From the human T2T-CHM13v2.0 reference genome, Homo sapiens: 64,000 nucleotides of DNA. This document shows, piece after piece, positions 27,281-39,332 of the stretch. Location: assembly GCF_009914755.1 (NCBI RefSeq), contig NC_060936.1; one strand, 5' to 3'. The position numbers and the translations under genes are program-made. The notes under the pieces were generated by a model that saw only the letters and a list, made by a program, of their open reading frames with translations, was not told where the DNA came from and did not search any database. Positions within the stretch are counted from its first letter, which is position 1, and each line of letters starts with the position of its first letter.

Positions 27281-30200
27281 AGCTTCTCCCATTTTTTAAG
27301 AGTTTTATTTTATTATTATTATTATTATTTTGCTGGTGAGATAATGTGGGAAACTATTCTGGTTTGCTCTCTTTCTAAAATTCTTGTTGTATTCTTAATT
27401 TACGTGGCTTGTCTTTTCTCTGGACTGAGTTGCCTCAATATGGTTTGTGTTATAAAAAATCTATTAGATGCTTTTAGTGTGTTGTAGACATTTTCAGTTG
27501 GATGTGTTATGTGGTGTATTTCTTTCCTTTTGGTAAAGATGGAATATCTAAATACGAAGAACCTTTAACTGCCAACTTCTACAAATGAACTGAGCCTTCA
27601 TGGACAAAACCTGAATCAACTCAACCTGATCAGCAGTTTGGCAATATGGCAATATTTCATTGTTCTTTTGGTTCCTACCTAATTCTCACTTCAGTGCTTA
27701 GGATCCTTTTTTAAAAAAAATTGTGGTAGGGATGACACCATGCATACAGTGAATTAGGCCTCATATTTGCATAGGAATTGTAGACTCATTGGGAGCCAAT
27801 AGCCTACCACCGCTTTACAGTACATTGTAAAGAGGTTTGTCCATGTGTCCAGTGACTTCTCAGATAATGTTTTTAGTAAAGATTTACTGAGAGAGTTCAG
27901 ATTGGTTCAGTCCTATCACCACTTTTTCTAGAAGTCTTGCAGTGAGGTTCTTCTAAAAGAATTGTTGTGTAGGAAACAGCACACTGCCTAATCTTTGCAT
28001 TGACAGCACTGAAAACAAGCAAGGGTCGGAGAGATTCTTCACTGTCTTCATTATAATTGTTGCTTATGGGTACCCTGTTATATTCTGATTTCTGTTGCAA
28101 TTTTACTTGTTCTCTTTTGTTATTCCACCTACTGAATTGAGGAATTACATTTCAGTTATCTCTTCCAAAGAGGATCTTCATCTTAAATTTACTCGCTTTG
28201 GTGGGCACATGTATTTTCCCTCCAGCTGCAGCCATCTTGTAACAATTTTCAGCTATAAAGAATTTTCCTTGATTTAATTTATATTTTCAACTAGTGATAA
28301 AATACATTGCTTCTATTCCAGTTTCACTGACTACTATGAATAATTATTCAACAGCCTCTCCCTAATCCTCCAACCCCAGCCTGTTAAGCAACGCTTTGTC
28401 AGGAGTTTAAATTCAGTGCAAAGAAGTAAGATTTCCACAGTTTAACCTGCAGTTCAGTGAAGTAAGTTCCTTCTAGAATACTTGGGGAATTCTTCCTTCT
28501 TCAGATCAAAATCCTCCAGCTGGAGCAAATGGGAGACTAATAAATCACTTAACTTTTTGTAATTTTTTTTAAGGAAACCATCAGATCTCTGAATTTACCC
28601 ACGTTGGAGTCTATTTATGAGTGCTGCTATTACTGCTTGAGTCTATGGTATAGTCCCTTAAGTTTGTTTAAGATCATTATTAATTTGTTCTAAGTCAGCC
28701 AAATCAACAGAAAGGTAAATATGCACCAATAGAAAGTATTTTTCAAAAGTTAAGCAGTTTTTGGTAAAAACCCCAAACCTTATTAATCTTCTACAGATGA
28801 CAACTCACATATTGCTGATGATTAAAGATACACATGTGTTACAATAGGGCTTCAGACTCACAGCCCATCTCTCTTTTTCTTGATCTTTCAGTAAAATCAT
28901 AATGCTAAACTGGTGACTTCACAGTCATTTCCTTGGCAAAAGATTAATATCACAAGCACAGAGGAAAAAAAGCCCCCACTTACACACAAGTGTCTTCAAT
29001 AACAGTGGGAGAAAACAGAATACTACTGGCAAAGTAAATTGCTTTTCTTCTTAAAACTTTTCCCATCCTGCCCCATGTGTCCAAGTGTAAAAGCCCTGCT
29101 TTGAAAATGCTTCATTTCATAGATCAAACACTTAAGAGAAAATGACAATAATAAAGCCCAAACATCCTAGGAATAGCTAGGAGAAAAACCTCTAAGACAG
29201 TGGGAAATACATCAGTGCAGAAAAATGTAACTGTGTTGAATACACTATTTGTGTTTCTTATGTATACAATTGAGAACTGCAGTCAGATTTTAAGGAATTA
29301 TGTTAAACTTGATGCTCAAACACTTATTTTAGGGGGTCCTTTCCCTTGGTTCTCTGCAGGTTCTTTAGCTGCCAGCTTTTCTGAGTGGGAGGCTTAGGTG
29401 ATAAAGGATTCTTGTGAGAATTCAAATTTTTTCTTTTGAACAATCATCTGATGCTCTTCAGAATGAAGACCAGTATATTCAGGTACATTTACCTGTGAAA
29501 TAAAGAAACACATAACCATTAAAAACAACATTCAAAATGCACACTAAAGATTCTATCCTGAAATAAATCATTAACAGCAGGTCTCAGAGATTTCTTCATC
29601 GAGCAACCAGTTTGTTTCAGTTACAACCAGGTGTACTGAGAAACCCCAACACATTGCCAGTTGGCTGGGGCCTGGGAGGCAGAGCTTGCAGGCAGCTAAA
29701 GAAACAATGCTCCTCTGGCAACTTCCATTTATCCTCCCAGCTTTCCCAAGGCTAGAAGCTGCAAAGAATGGGCTCCGTGCGCATACTCTCAGGGAGGAGC
29801 CTTCAAGGCTTGTGCGCTTTTCAAAGAAACCGGGTAACAGTCCTTTCTGGGAGACTAGGTTTACCTGGGAGGAGGCTCGAATGGCACTGCGTGGTTAGGC
29901 TTCCCTCAGACAAATGGCTTTGCCGGCAGTGGGGCGGGGATGTATGTGGTGCCACAGATACAGATGAACACCTTTCTATGTTTTGAGATGATGCTCTTCC
30001 CTTAGTAACCTAAGGCTGCTATGACTCTTCCAGAACACCCTGTGGCAAGTATAATGAAGCCATAACTATCATTTTCAGGGGACTCAAACCGTTTCTGAGG
30101 ATTTTTCTACCCCCATCCTCAACCCATATATTTGTTAGCAAATAGTTTTCATAGTCTTTTTCTAACTATAATTTCTCTTCCTCACTTTTTTTTTTTTTTT

Positions 30201-31269
30201 TTGCCTTGGATTAGGGACACACCTAGAATCAGTGTTTTCCTTTCTATTTAACCAGAATACTAGTACCAGATTAGCAAATGAAACTACAGGTTGAAAACTC
30301 ACCCAGTTCAACAGATTCAATTACTGTAATTTGGATTTTTAAACTATGATTTGGGAAATTAAGACCATATAACTCATTCTTAAACACCTTCAAATATATC
30401 CTCACTATGCTTTATTTTTGGTGTAGAATAAATAGAAATATTTTCTAAAGATGCTCAAGAGATTATTAGCAAAGGCAATATCATTTATTTTTCCCAGATA
30501 GCTGCATTCTCTCATTAAACACACACACACACCCCTAAGGCTTTTAGGTATATGAAAACTTCATCTCTTAAATGCCAAGTGATCCAAGTGCTGGAGCTGC
30601 ATCTGAGATCAGTAATTGTGCACACACACTGGTCACTGAGAGCACTGGTTCCTGTTGGACAGCACCTTGACTATTTTGGTAGGCAGAAATGGGTGTTTCC
30701 TGTGTCCGTTGGGCAAGCATATGTATTTTTACTGGTTCATCTTAGCTGTGGATGCCTAAAAATTTGGCATCAATTGTTTATAGAAAGGAAAAGCAGTCTG
30801 ACCTGTCAGCCTTGATATTACCTAAACCTGCATCGAATGTGGTAAAATAATACAAGATTTGTTTTTTAGGCCTGTTTCATATTTTCTAGGCAATAGATCA
30901 AATCAGTTCAGGGTTCATTTTTAGCTCTTTAATAAACTGACAGAGTTTGCTGGCAGTGAAATGAGAATGCACTTTTAACATGGAAGTGCCATACAGTCAA
31001 AGTTGCTATTTCTGCTATTTATTAATAACTAGGGAATACTTGAGAATTGAGCTTAGCATGTTCAACAGGGAAACTAAGATTCTAGTGCTTTTCATTGTAA
31101 TGAGCACTTTCTCTCATTTTTCTCTCTTCATCTCCATTTGGTATCTCATCCCCAGTCCCTTGTGAATTCATACTCTTTCCTTGAAACTTATAAGTGTTTT
31201 ATACACCAAATCAGCACAGTGAGAATTAACAAATCATTGATATGCTTTTTCTCTCATACTCTTACCTAA

Positions 31270-31580
31270 ATCTTGACTCTTCCCTCTTCTCGAAATGCCC
31301 TCCCCTAGAGATACACTTCTTCCAGGTCCTTATTCCAAAGTCACCCCAGGTAGGCCTCTTCTGACCACCCTATCTAACATTTCATATCACCTTCCTTTTT
31401 TGCTCCCTTAGCATTGCTTTCTACCTTCCATGCTTTATAGTTCACTTGTTTTCTTGTGTACTGTCTGTCTCTCCCACTAGAATGTAAGCTCTATGAGGCC
31501 AGGGATTGTTGCCTGTACTCCAGAGTCTAAAACAGTGCCTGGCATATAGCAGGCACTCCATTAATAAACGAATGAATGGA
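31270..31580 (+). mobile_element. L2a 3' end
   Basis: cccactagaatgtaagctctatgagg...acagtgcctggcata...gaatgaatg. Confidence 0.88.
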
Positions 31581-32601
31581 AGTCATTTACCCCAGGCTTT
31601 GGTTTCTTTGATCCATGATAAATGATGGATTTTCACAGCCTGCTTGAATATGGTGCACCAGTGTCTCCATCTCGTTCGCCCCATCCCTGATGGAAAAGGG
31701 CAGTAGATATCTAAGTGTGACATGTACCTTCATCTCCTGGAGCTGTACCCAGCATCAACGCAGTTAGTGTAGGGGTGTTCACTGAGCCAGCCTTTTTGGA
31801 GAAACTTTCTCTGGGCTGGATTTCTCTCAAACACCAACATGATGTTCCTTCTGCCTCTGTCTAGACCTTAGGTCTCTTCTTCCCCAGCTTTTTGAATAGT
31901 CAGTAAAATTGATTTTAGCTAAACAGCTTATTGCTTTTCTTTATATTAGAGTTCATTTGGATAAAGAAGCCAGCATGACACTACTTGTTGGAAGCCAGGA
32001 AAAAAACAATTGTGTGTGCTAGAGATGTTTCCTTTTGCTACATTTGCAGCCCTGGTGACTGTGACATAAATCTATTGAGCCTTGCCATTGCTTCGCTGGG
32101 TTCCAAGAACATCCAATACTTGTCTGATGTTAAGTTTTACTGCCCATGAAAGCAAACATCACCTCTGTCATGGCCAGTTAAACAGTATCTTTTCAGTGGA
32201 CTTCTGCATATCTGAAACCCACCCATCCAAAGCCAAAAGTAATGCCGGGGGAAAGATTTTATGCTGCCATGTTTCTTACAAGGGAAGATCAAGGGTCAAC
32301 TTGATTCATAAAATTACTGCAGTCATTTTTCAGCTGGCTGAGAGACTTCACAGATCAAAAAATACGTGGCTCCTAAATGATTTCTGATATGCACAATTCT
32401 AGTGTTTTTTGTTCTCAGCATGTGGCGCAAAGCCTGCCAGAAACCATCTTTGCGGCTATTGACAGGCGGATTAGAAATCATCCACGATGGTTTCCTTCAT
32501 TTCTCTACAGGCTGGTCATCCATTTAAACTGCTTAATGTGAATTCCTCTCAAAGCCTGCTTTGTATATGCTTTTCCCTGACGTTTTGTTCTTCTCTTTCA
32601 G

Positions 32602-32769
32602 TGTGGTGCTCACCTTGGGCACATTTTTGATGATGGGCCTCGTCCAACTGGGAAAAGATACTGCATAAATTCGGCTGCCTTGTCTTTTACACCTGCGGAT
32701 AGCAGTGGCACCGCCGAGGGAGGCAGTGGGGTCGCCAGCCCGGCCCAGGCAGACAAAGCGGAGCTCTAG
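32602..32769 (+). CDS. MSRB3: MSRB3 terminal coding exon: [55 protein letters not shown]
   Basis: MsrB HLGH-F-DGP and catalytic RYCINS motifs (Cys codon TGC, not Sec), C-terminal KAEL ER-retrieval signal, TAG at 32767-32769. Not in the ORF track. Confidence 0.98.
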   Translation, partial: CGAHLGHIFDDGPRPTGKRYCINSAALSFTPADSSGTAEGGSGVASPAQADKAEL

Positions 32770-32814
32770 AGTAATGGAGAGTGATGGAAACAAAGTGTAC
32801 TTAATGCACAGCTT

Positions 32815-32820
32815 ATTAAA
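32815..32820 (+). terminator. MSRB3: Candidate proximal poly(A) signal ATTAAA
   Basis: TGTA at 32796-32799 upstream; U-rich sequence downstream. Confidence 0.4.
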
Positions 32821-33440
32821 AAAATCAAAATTGTTATCTTAATAGATATATTTTTTCAAAAACTATAAGGGCAGTTTTGTGCTATTGATATTTTTTCTTC
32901 TTTTGCTTAAACAGAAGCCCTGGCCATCCATGTATTTTGCAATTGACTAGATCAAGAACTGTTTATAGCTTTAGCAAATGGAGACAGCTTTGTGAAACTT
33001 CTTCACAAGCCACTTATACCCTTTGGCATTCTTTTCTTTGAGCACATGGCTTCTTTTGCAGTTTTTCCCCCTTTGATTCAGAAGCAGAGGGTTCATGGTC
33101 TTCAAACATGAAAATAGAGATCTCCTCTGCAGTGTAGAGACCAGAGCTGGGCAGTGCAGGGCATGGAGACCTGCAAGACACATGGCCTTGAGGCCTTTGC
33201 ACAGACCCACCTAAGATAAGGATGGAGTGATGTTTTAATGAGACTGTTCAGCTTTGTGGAAAGTTTGAGCTAAGGTCATTTTTTTTTTTTCTCACTGAAA
33301 GGGTGTGAAGGTCTAAAGTCTTTCCTTATGTTAAATTGTTGCCAGATCCAAAGGGGCATACTGAGTGTTGTGGCAGAGAAGTAAACATTACCACACTGTT
33401 AGGCCTTTATTTTATTTTATTTTCCATCGAAAGCATTGGA

Positions 33441-33750
33441 GGCCCAGTGCAATGGCTCACGCCTGTGATCCCAGCACTTTGGGAGGCCAAGGCGGGTGGA
33501 TCACGAGGTCAGGAGATGGAGACCATCCTGGCTAACATGGTGAAACCCCGTCTCTACTAAAAATACGAAAAATTAGCCAGGCGTGGTGGTGGGCACCTGT
33601 AGTCCCAGCTACTCAGGAGGCTGAGGCAGGAGAATGGCGTGAACCCGGAAGGCGGAGCTTGCAGTTAGCCGAGATCACGCCACTGCACTCCAGCCTACAT
33701 GACAATGTGACACTCCATCTCAAAAAATAATAATAATAACAATATAAGAA
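33441..33750 (+). mobile_element. AluY in the MSRB3 3'UTR
   Basis: ggatcacgaggtcaggagat, gaatggcgtgaacccgg, ggagcttgcag. Confidence 0.95.
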
Positions 33751-33915
33751 CTAGCTGGGCATGGTGGCGCATGCATGTAGTCCCAGCTACTCCTGAGGCT
33801 CAGTCAGGAGAATCGCTTGAACTTGGGAGGCGGAGGTTGCAGTGAGCTGAGCTCATACCACTGCACTCCAGCCTGAACAGAGTGAGATCCTGTCAAAAAA
33901 GAAAAGAAAAAGAAA
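33751..33915 (+). mobile_element. Alu right-arm monomer (AluS-like) directly after the AluY
   Basis: tagctgggcatggtggcg...gaatcgcttgaac...ggaggttgcagtgagc, with A-rich tail. Confidence 0.9.
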
Positions 33916-36332
33916 GCAGCATTCAAATGTAAGACAACTGTAAAATATTGAGCCCCACTTGGTCTAAAATTCAAAAAGAAGAACGCCTGTCCATCGCCTT
34001 TTTATAAGTCCTTCTCTCCACACCTAAAAGCAGCTGCAGCTGGAAGGGCACAAATTCCACTGTGTAAAATAAAATATTAGGGGCAACACACTTCATCAAG
34101 GCAGCAGGAATGAGAGAGAGCAGAGAAGATCAAGGATGAAGTCTTGGGTACTGAAAAATTCAGTGCTGGGCAGAAAAACTGACAGGGCAGTACAAGTAAC
34201 AAACAGAATCCAAGTGGGGTGGCCCTTGTGCACAGAGCTCCAGGTGACCTCTGGAGAGACATGGGCATTCACATGGAAAGCTAAAACGGAAGCTCAAGTT
34301 TCATACTCAACATAATCTTCTGTGTGACAAAGGACAAGCCATGTAGCCTCTCTGTGCCTATTTCTTCATGCATAAACTGGGACTCATAATATTTGTAAAA
34401 TGTATTGATACTCTCAGGGCAAATTCACTATATTGCTATACAGTTGAGATCAGTGTTGTAAAATTAAACTGATCTGGTTCTAATTGCCTCAAAGGCCAAA
34501 GCCCAGGCATTTGAAATGGAAAGAAGCAGAGAGGAGGCTGACTTAGCTGATTGGTATGGAAACAGTTGGGCCAAGAGCCAGAATTTCCCTTTGTAGCAAC
34601 ACGGCTAGTTTTACTTTGAGAAGCTCTGCTCAGCTGCTTTATAACATTAAGTCTGGCGGAATGGATGTCACTGTGCACAATAAAGTTTTCACAAGTATAA
34701 ACAATGGTGATGTAAGTCAACATTGCTGTAGCCAGGTGTGAAGGTTGTATGGTGTGTGACGAATGTACATCATGTTTGTAGGTTTGGATGCTAATCTTGA
34801 ATTGTAGCTTAAAAAATACGTATTTTTGTAACTCTTTGAAAGTTTATGAAGACTGACAGCTTTCCTTGTAAGCACTAAGAGAAAAAAAAGAAAGAGGGAC
34901 ATTTGACAATTTTAAAGAAACAACAAGAAATTAGAATGAAAATCTGTGACAAACAGCGTCAGTGTGGCCATGTCCACATTCCTACATGTCTCTCTCTACA
35001 AGCACCTCTCTAAGAAGCCTGACATCCCGGTGGACTCTTTATAGTCATGTACACTTGATTCCAGATGAGCTCTGGTCTTATCTGGATGCTCAGATAAGAG
35101 GTTTCTATCTGAGCATCCAGATGTTCCCTCAGGTTCCAAGACATTTCACCCCAGGCCCTGGGTTCACTCTGGAATTCGTAGGCTTCACGTCTCTCTAGAA
35201 ATGACGTGTAAAATTTAAGACCAGACCTCAGCCATCAGCGTCCAGACCATCCTAGAAGTCTTTCCCAATCTCACAGAGAAAGCCCTAGTATTTCCCAGTG
35301 ACCCCAGGATTCCACGTTGGGGTGGCCAAAGAAATAGGTCTCTCAGGGCTTTGCCACAGCCTCCAGCCCATCCTTCAGAGGCACACACAGCACCTCTCGG
35401 CTGCTCCAGCTCTGTAGGATAGCCTCCCCTGGGGTCCGTGGGACGCGGGCCACAGTGTTGAGGTAGACAAGGAGGATCAGTGAGAGGCCTCTTCCCTCTC
35501 CACAGAGACTGGATTGTCATTGTTCCTTCATTTATATCGTAGGGCTTAACATTTCACTCAAAAAAAAGCCCCTCTTTTTCTAATCCTTAGTCTTTGTTTC
35601 AAGGAAAGCCAGTTTTTCTTCTACCACATTTTCCAGGATCGACTTTAAGAAAAATGCAACATCTATTGAAAAAAAGTGGGGTGTATGCATGTGGTTTAAT
35701 TCCAGATTGCTTTTGGGTTTAAGTGGTATCAAATTTCAGTATATTTCTGTCTTATGTGAAAGAAATATATTACTAAAACGTCAGTGAGCAATAATGTCAG
35801 CTGTCAAGCACTAGATTTATTTTTGCAGGATATGGAGTGCAATGAACTGAGTCAATATGGCAAGGTGTATGTGATCTGTGGGAGTTATGCCATTTAACAT
35901 AGGAAGTGCATGGGACTTTCCCTCTCTGCACTCCAGCTCTTACTGTACCATTAGAAGATGCAGAATTCTGTTGGTGTGCAAAAAGTATAGCCTTACATTC
36001 AAGCAGAATGGATCTGAAGAAAGCAGCAATATCTGTTACTAGAGAACATTCCCATGTGTTTAAACTCTTCACTTCTTAGATGCATTTAAATTCTTAATGC
36101 AAATGACGTAGCAATTTGAAAACTTCTCCGTATTACTTGTGTTTAAAATGTCTTGCTTTAAATACAAAACAAATGGTAAAGGGGATTATCTTTTGTTTAG
36201 ATGGTTAAATATTATTTTTGCCTTAGATAGCTTTGTAATAATTTTTCTCCAGACAGTTCAACACTTTTGAAAAATGACATGAATTTTCATTAAAAACCCT
36301 TTTCCTATGTTTATTGTATACAAGAATTATGC

Positions 36333-36338
36333 AATAAA
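36333..36338 (+). terminator. MSRB3: Main poly(A) signal AATAAA of MSRB3
   Basis: Upstream TGTA motifs (~36234, 36315), ATTAAA at 36289-36294, U-rich downstream element (ttttcttctttg, ccttttattttc). Confidence 0.8.
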
Positions 36339-37046
36339 ATTTCTTTATAAAAATATTTTCTTCTTTGATTCCTGAAGACTCCTTTTATTTTCAGCACAGA
36401 TACATGGACTGGAGTTTGTAGCAGACTGTTCTGTTTGCCTCCTTAACCAGCTGACAAGTCTGTAGTCTATATGGAGAGCCTTTCATCTGATGCAGTCTTT
36501 GGAAGTTGGGTCTCTTACAGTAGGGTCAAGTCCAACTCTCCACACCACAGGCCCTGGGAGAGGCCTCCAGGGATCTGAAAGACTGGAGGAAAGGGAAACA
36601 TTTGCAGAATTACTCAACCTTCACCTCACCTCAGCAAAATCTTCAGCAGCTTGTGTATGTTTCTTGCTTAAAATATGGATTTGGGAGTTCCACCATAAAA
36701 CTCTGTGGGTAAAAATGCAGGAATGATACCACGCTGATGCCTTGGCTTCTGTTAAAAAATTTGACAGGAAACTTACACTATCATTGAGGGTTGTTCTCTG
36801 TGGAAGTATATTAGGAGCTTTCCACTGCTTACAGATGATTTCACTGATAAAAGCCATCTCTACAGATAAGTTTTGGTATTGTATTATTTGTTGTTGAAAT
36901 GTTGAGTTGTTTTGTATTGTTGATTTATTTACTTTAGGAGGCAGAAGTGGGGTGATGAAGACTTTTGTTCTTCAGCCAATTCTTTAAGTCATACTCCTGG
37001 TATCTTAAAATTCACAGGCCAGCAACTTTATGTAGTATACCTTAGA

Positions 37047-37199
37047 GCACTGCTTTTCATAGTGTAGTCCTCAGACACTGAGGTATCAGCATCACCTGGG
37101 AACTTGCCAGAAATACAAGTTAATCAAAAGTTCTGGGCTGGGGCCTTAGCAATCTGCATTTTAGAAAGCCCTCCATGTGATTCTTGTGCTTAACCACTG
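37047..37199. mobile_element. MER5A (hAT-Charlie)
   Basis: atcagcatcacctgggaacttg...aatctgcatttta...gtgattct...aaccactg. Confidence 0.8.
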
Positions 37200-38206
37200 C
37201 CTTGGAACTTTTAGTGAGAAAACTTCAATTAGTATTAATTTTAAAAGCATTTATATCTGACCCTCGAAAACGACTTTTTTTTCATCAGTCCTTTTCTTTC
37301 TATAGGGGTGGGTGGATAGTTTTTCCAAAATGTCATGCCTTGTAGCGCTTCTCGTCCCTCACTGCCCATTTGTCTTGTCCAGGAGGACTAGTCTGTCCTC
37401 ATTCACTAGCACCACTTTAATTCCTATTAGCATTTCTGGACTGAGCCTGGGCTGCCCAGTGGTGCTTCCCAGTGCCTTTCTAGACCACAGGATGTCCATG
37501 GCAGGGTTCATCACAGTAATTCCAAGAATTAGAGAGCAGACTTCAGTGTATAAATTTACATATCACCTTTCTCATCTCTTCTATTTTCTTATACTTCCTT
37601 TCAAAATTATCATCATTTTTTTTAACCATTTAAGATATTTCTTCAAAGGTGCCATGTACCCAAATCTTCAACTCTTTCTTTTTGTCAGAAAACTGCTGTT
37701 ACCTAGATCTTAACAACAAAACGACTTTTGGAAGATACTGACATTCGAAAAAGGTTGAATTTAAAAACTGTGTTTGGGACAAGCTTACTAGCACCCCATA
37801 CAGGTTTCAAACCAGAGCTCATGGTTCTTTACACAGCAGATTGAAATTTCACCATATTTTGATGATTTTTTACCTGAAAAAGCCCTCTGCCATAGAAGAA
37901 TATTCTGGCAAGAATGCTTCCCATACACTTACTCCCAAGAGGTCAGTCTTGTGGGCCAGTCTAGGAGGAATTGGCCCAAAAATGACTGTAAGCTCTGAAT
38001 GAGGCAGCTCTGACACCCCTTGCCCAAAACACCTGAAAGGCTGTCCTGTGGGTGTAAAGAGCTTTTATGGAACCATCATGAAATAAAACCATGGTGACCT
38101 GAAATTTGGTAGCCAAATCAGATTCCTAGCCCACATGAGATTTTCCTAATTTTCAGTTGATTACAAAACCATACCAACTTGTCAGATTATGAATGCCAGG
38201 GAGTTA

Positions 38207-38522
<316 letters not shown>

Positions 38523-38879
38523 AAGGAGCCTCATTCTTATTTCAAGGTTTTCAACGCTCCTCCCTGCAGTGTCTACCCTGCTATTCCCAGTAAGCATATA
38601 CTCACTCACCCTTATTATCATGGAACCAGACAAATTTTCTGGAATAAGCAGAAGGGAAAGTCAGTCAGAAATTAATAAGTGCTTAGTTCAGCACAGCCCC
38701 GACATGGGCAAGGTATAGAAGCGTAAATAACTAGAAAGCAAAGTAAAAGAGGTTTTATGTATAAATACAGCCCAGGAGAGAGTCATAATTGTTAAGTTGC
38801 AGTTGCCTGAACTTTATTCCCATGGCCTTCAATCCCACCACAGGATTTCTTTTTACCTTAATGATACTGTGGATTGAAT

Positions 38880-39075
38880 AACCTCTGTCAATAAGTCAGG
38901 CACTTGATCCATTATTTCTACTGTGAGGTAGGTAGTCTTATCCTCATTTTACAGATGATAGTGCTAACAGCTCAAAAAATTAAGACAAATTACATAGCTA
39001 GTCCATGGCCAAGCTAAAATTGAAATCCAAGTTCCTGTGACTTCAAACACTGAGCCCCTAGCTCCACTCTGGGCT
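38880..39075 (-). mobile_element. MIR
   Basis: gtgaggtagg...tatcctcattttacagatga. Confidence 0.65.
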
Positions 39076-39332
39076 GCCTCCCATGTAGGACACTGGCTAC
39101 TTGGATAGTGTTCAGCTGTGGTGGGTTTGAACCTGGGGGAAAAATGTATATAGCATTTCTTATTTGTTTCAAGTTAACTGCAATTCACACTTCCGAAACA
39201 CATTCTGCATTGTGACTGTGTTATTTCAGAGAGGCCTAATTAAGCCTTCATACGTCTTGATTTTCTTACACTTTGGTGACAGAAAGTTTCATATTTTTCT
39301 TCAAAGGGCTAACTTTAACACTCCTAATAATT

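Larger units (their letters stand above)
32770..36354 (+). other. MSRB3: MSRB3 long 3'UTR (~3.6 kb; end approximate)
   Basis: Follows the stop codon; largely repeat-poor apart from one Alu cluster; ends in an AU-rich block with UGUA motifs and AATAAA. Confidence 0.8.

Noticed and set aside
32533-32793. 86-aa antisense ORF over the last exon
   Set aside because: Shadow frame of the GC-rich CDS; no recognisable homology.
32770-36354. SECIS element in the 3'UTR
   Set aside because: The catalytic codon is TGC and there is no in-frame TGA; the 35080 hairpin lacks the AUGA/GA quartet.
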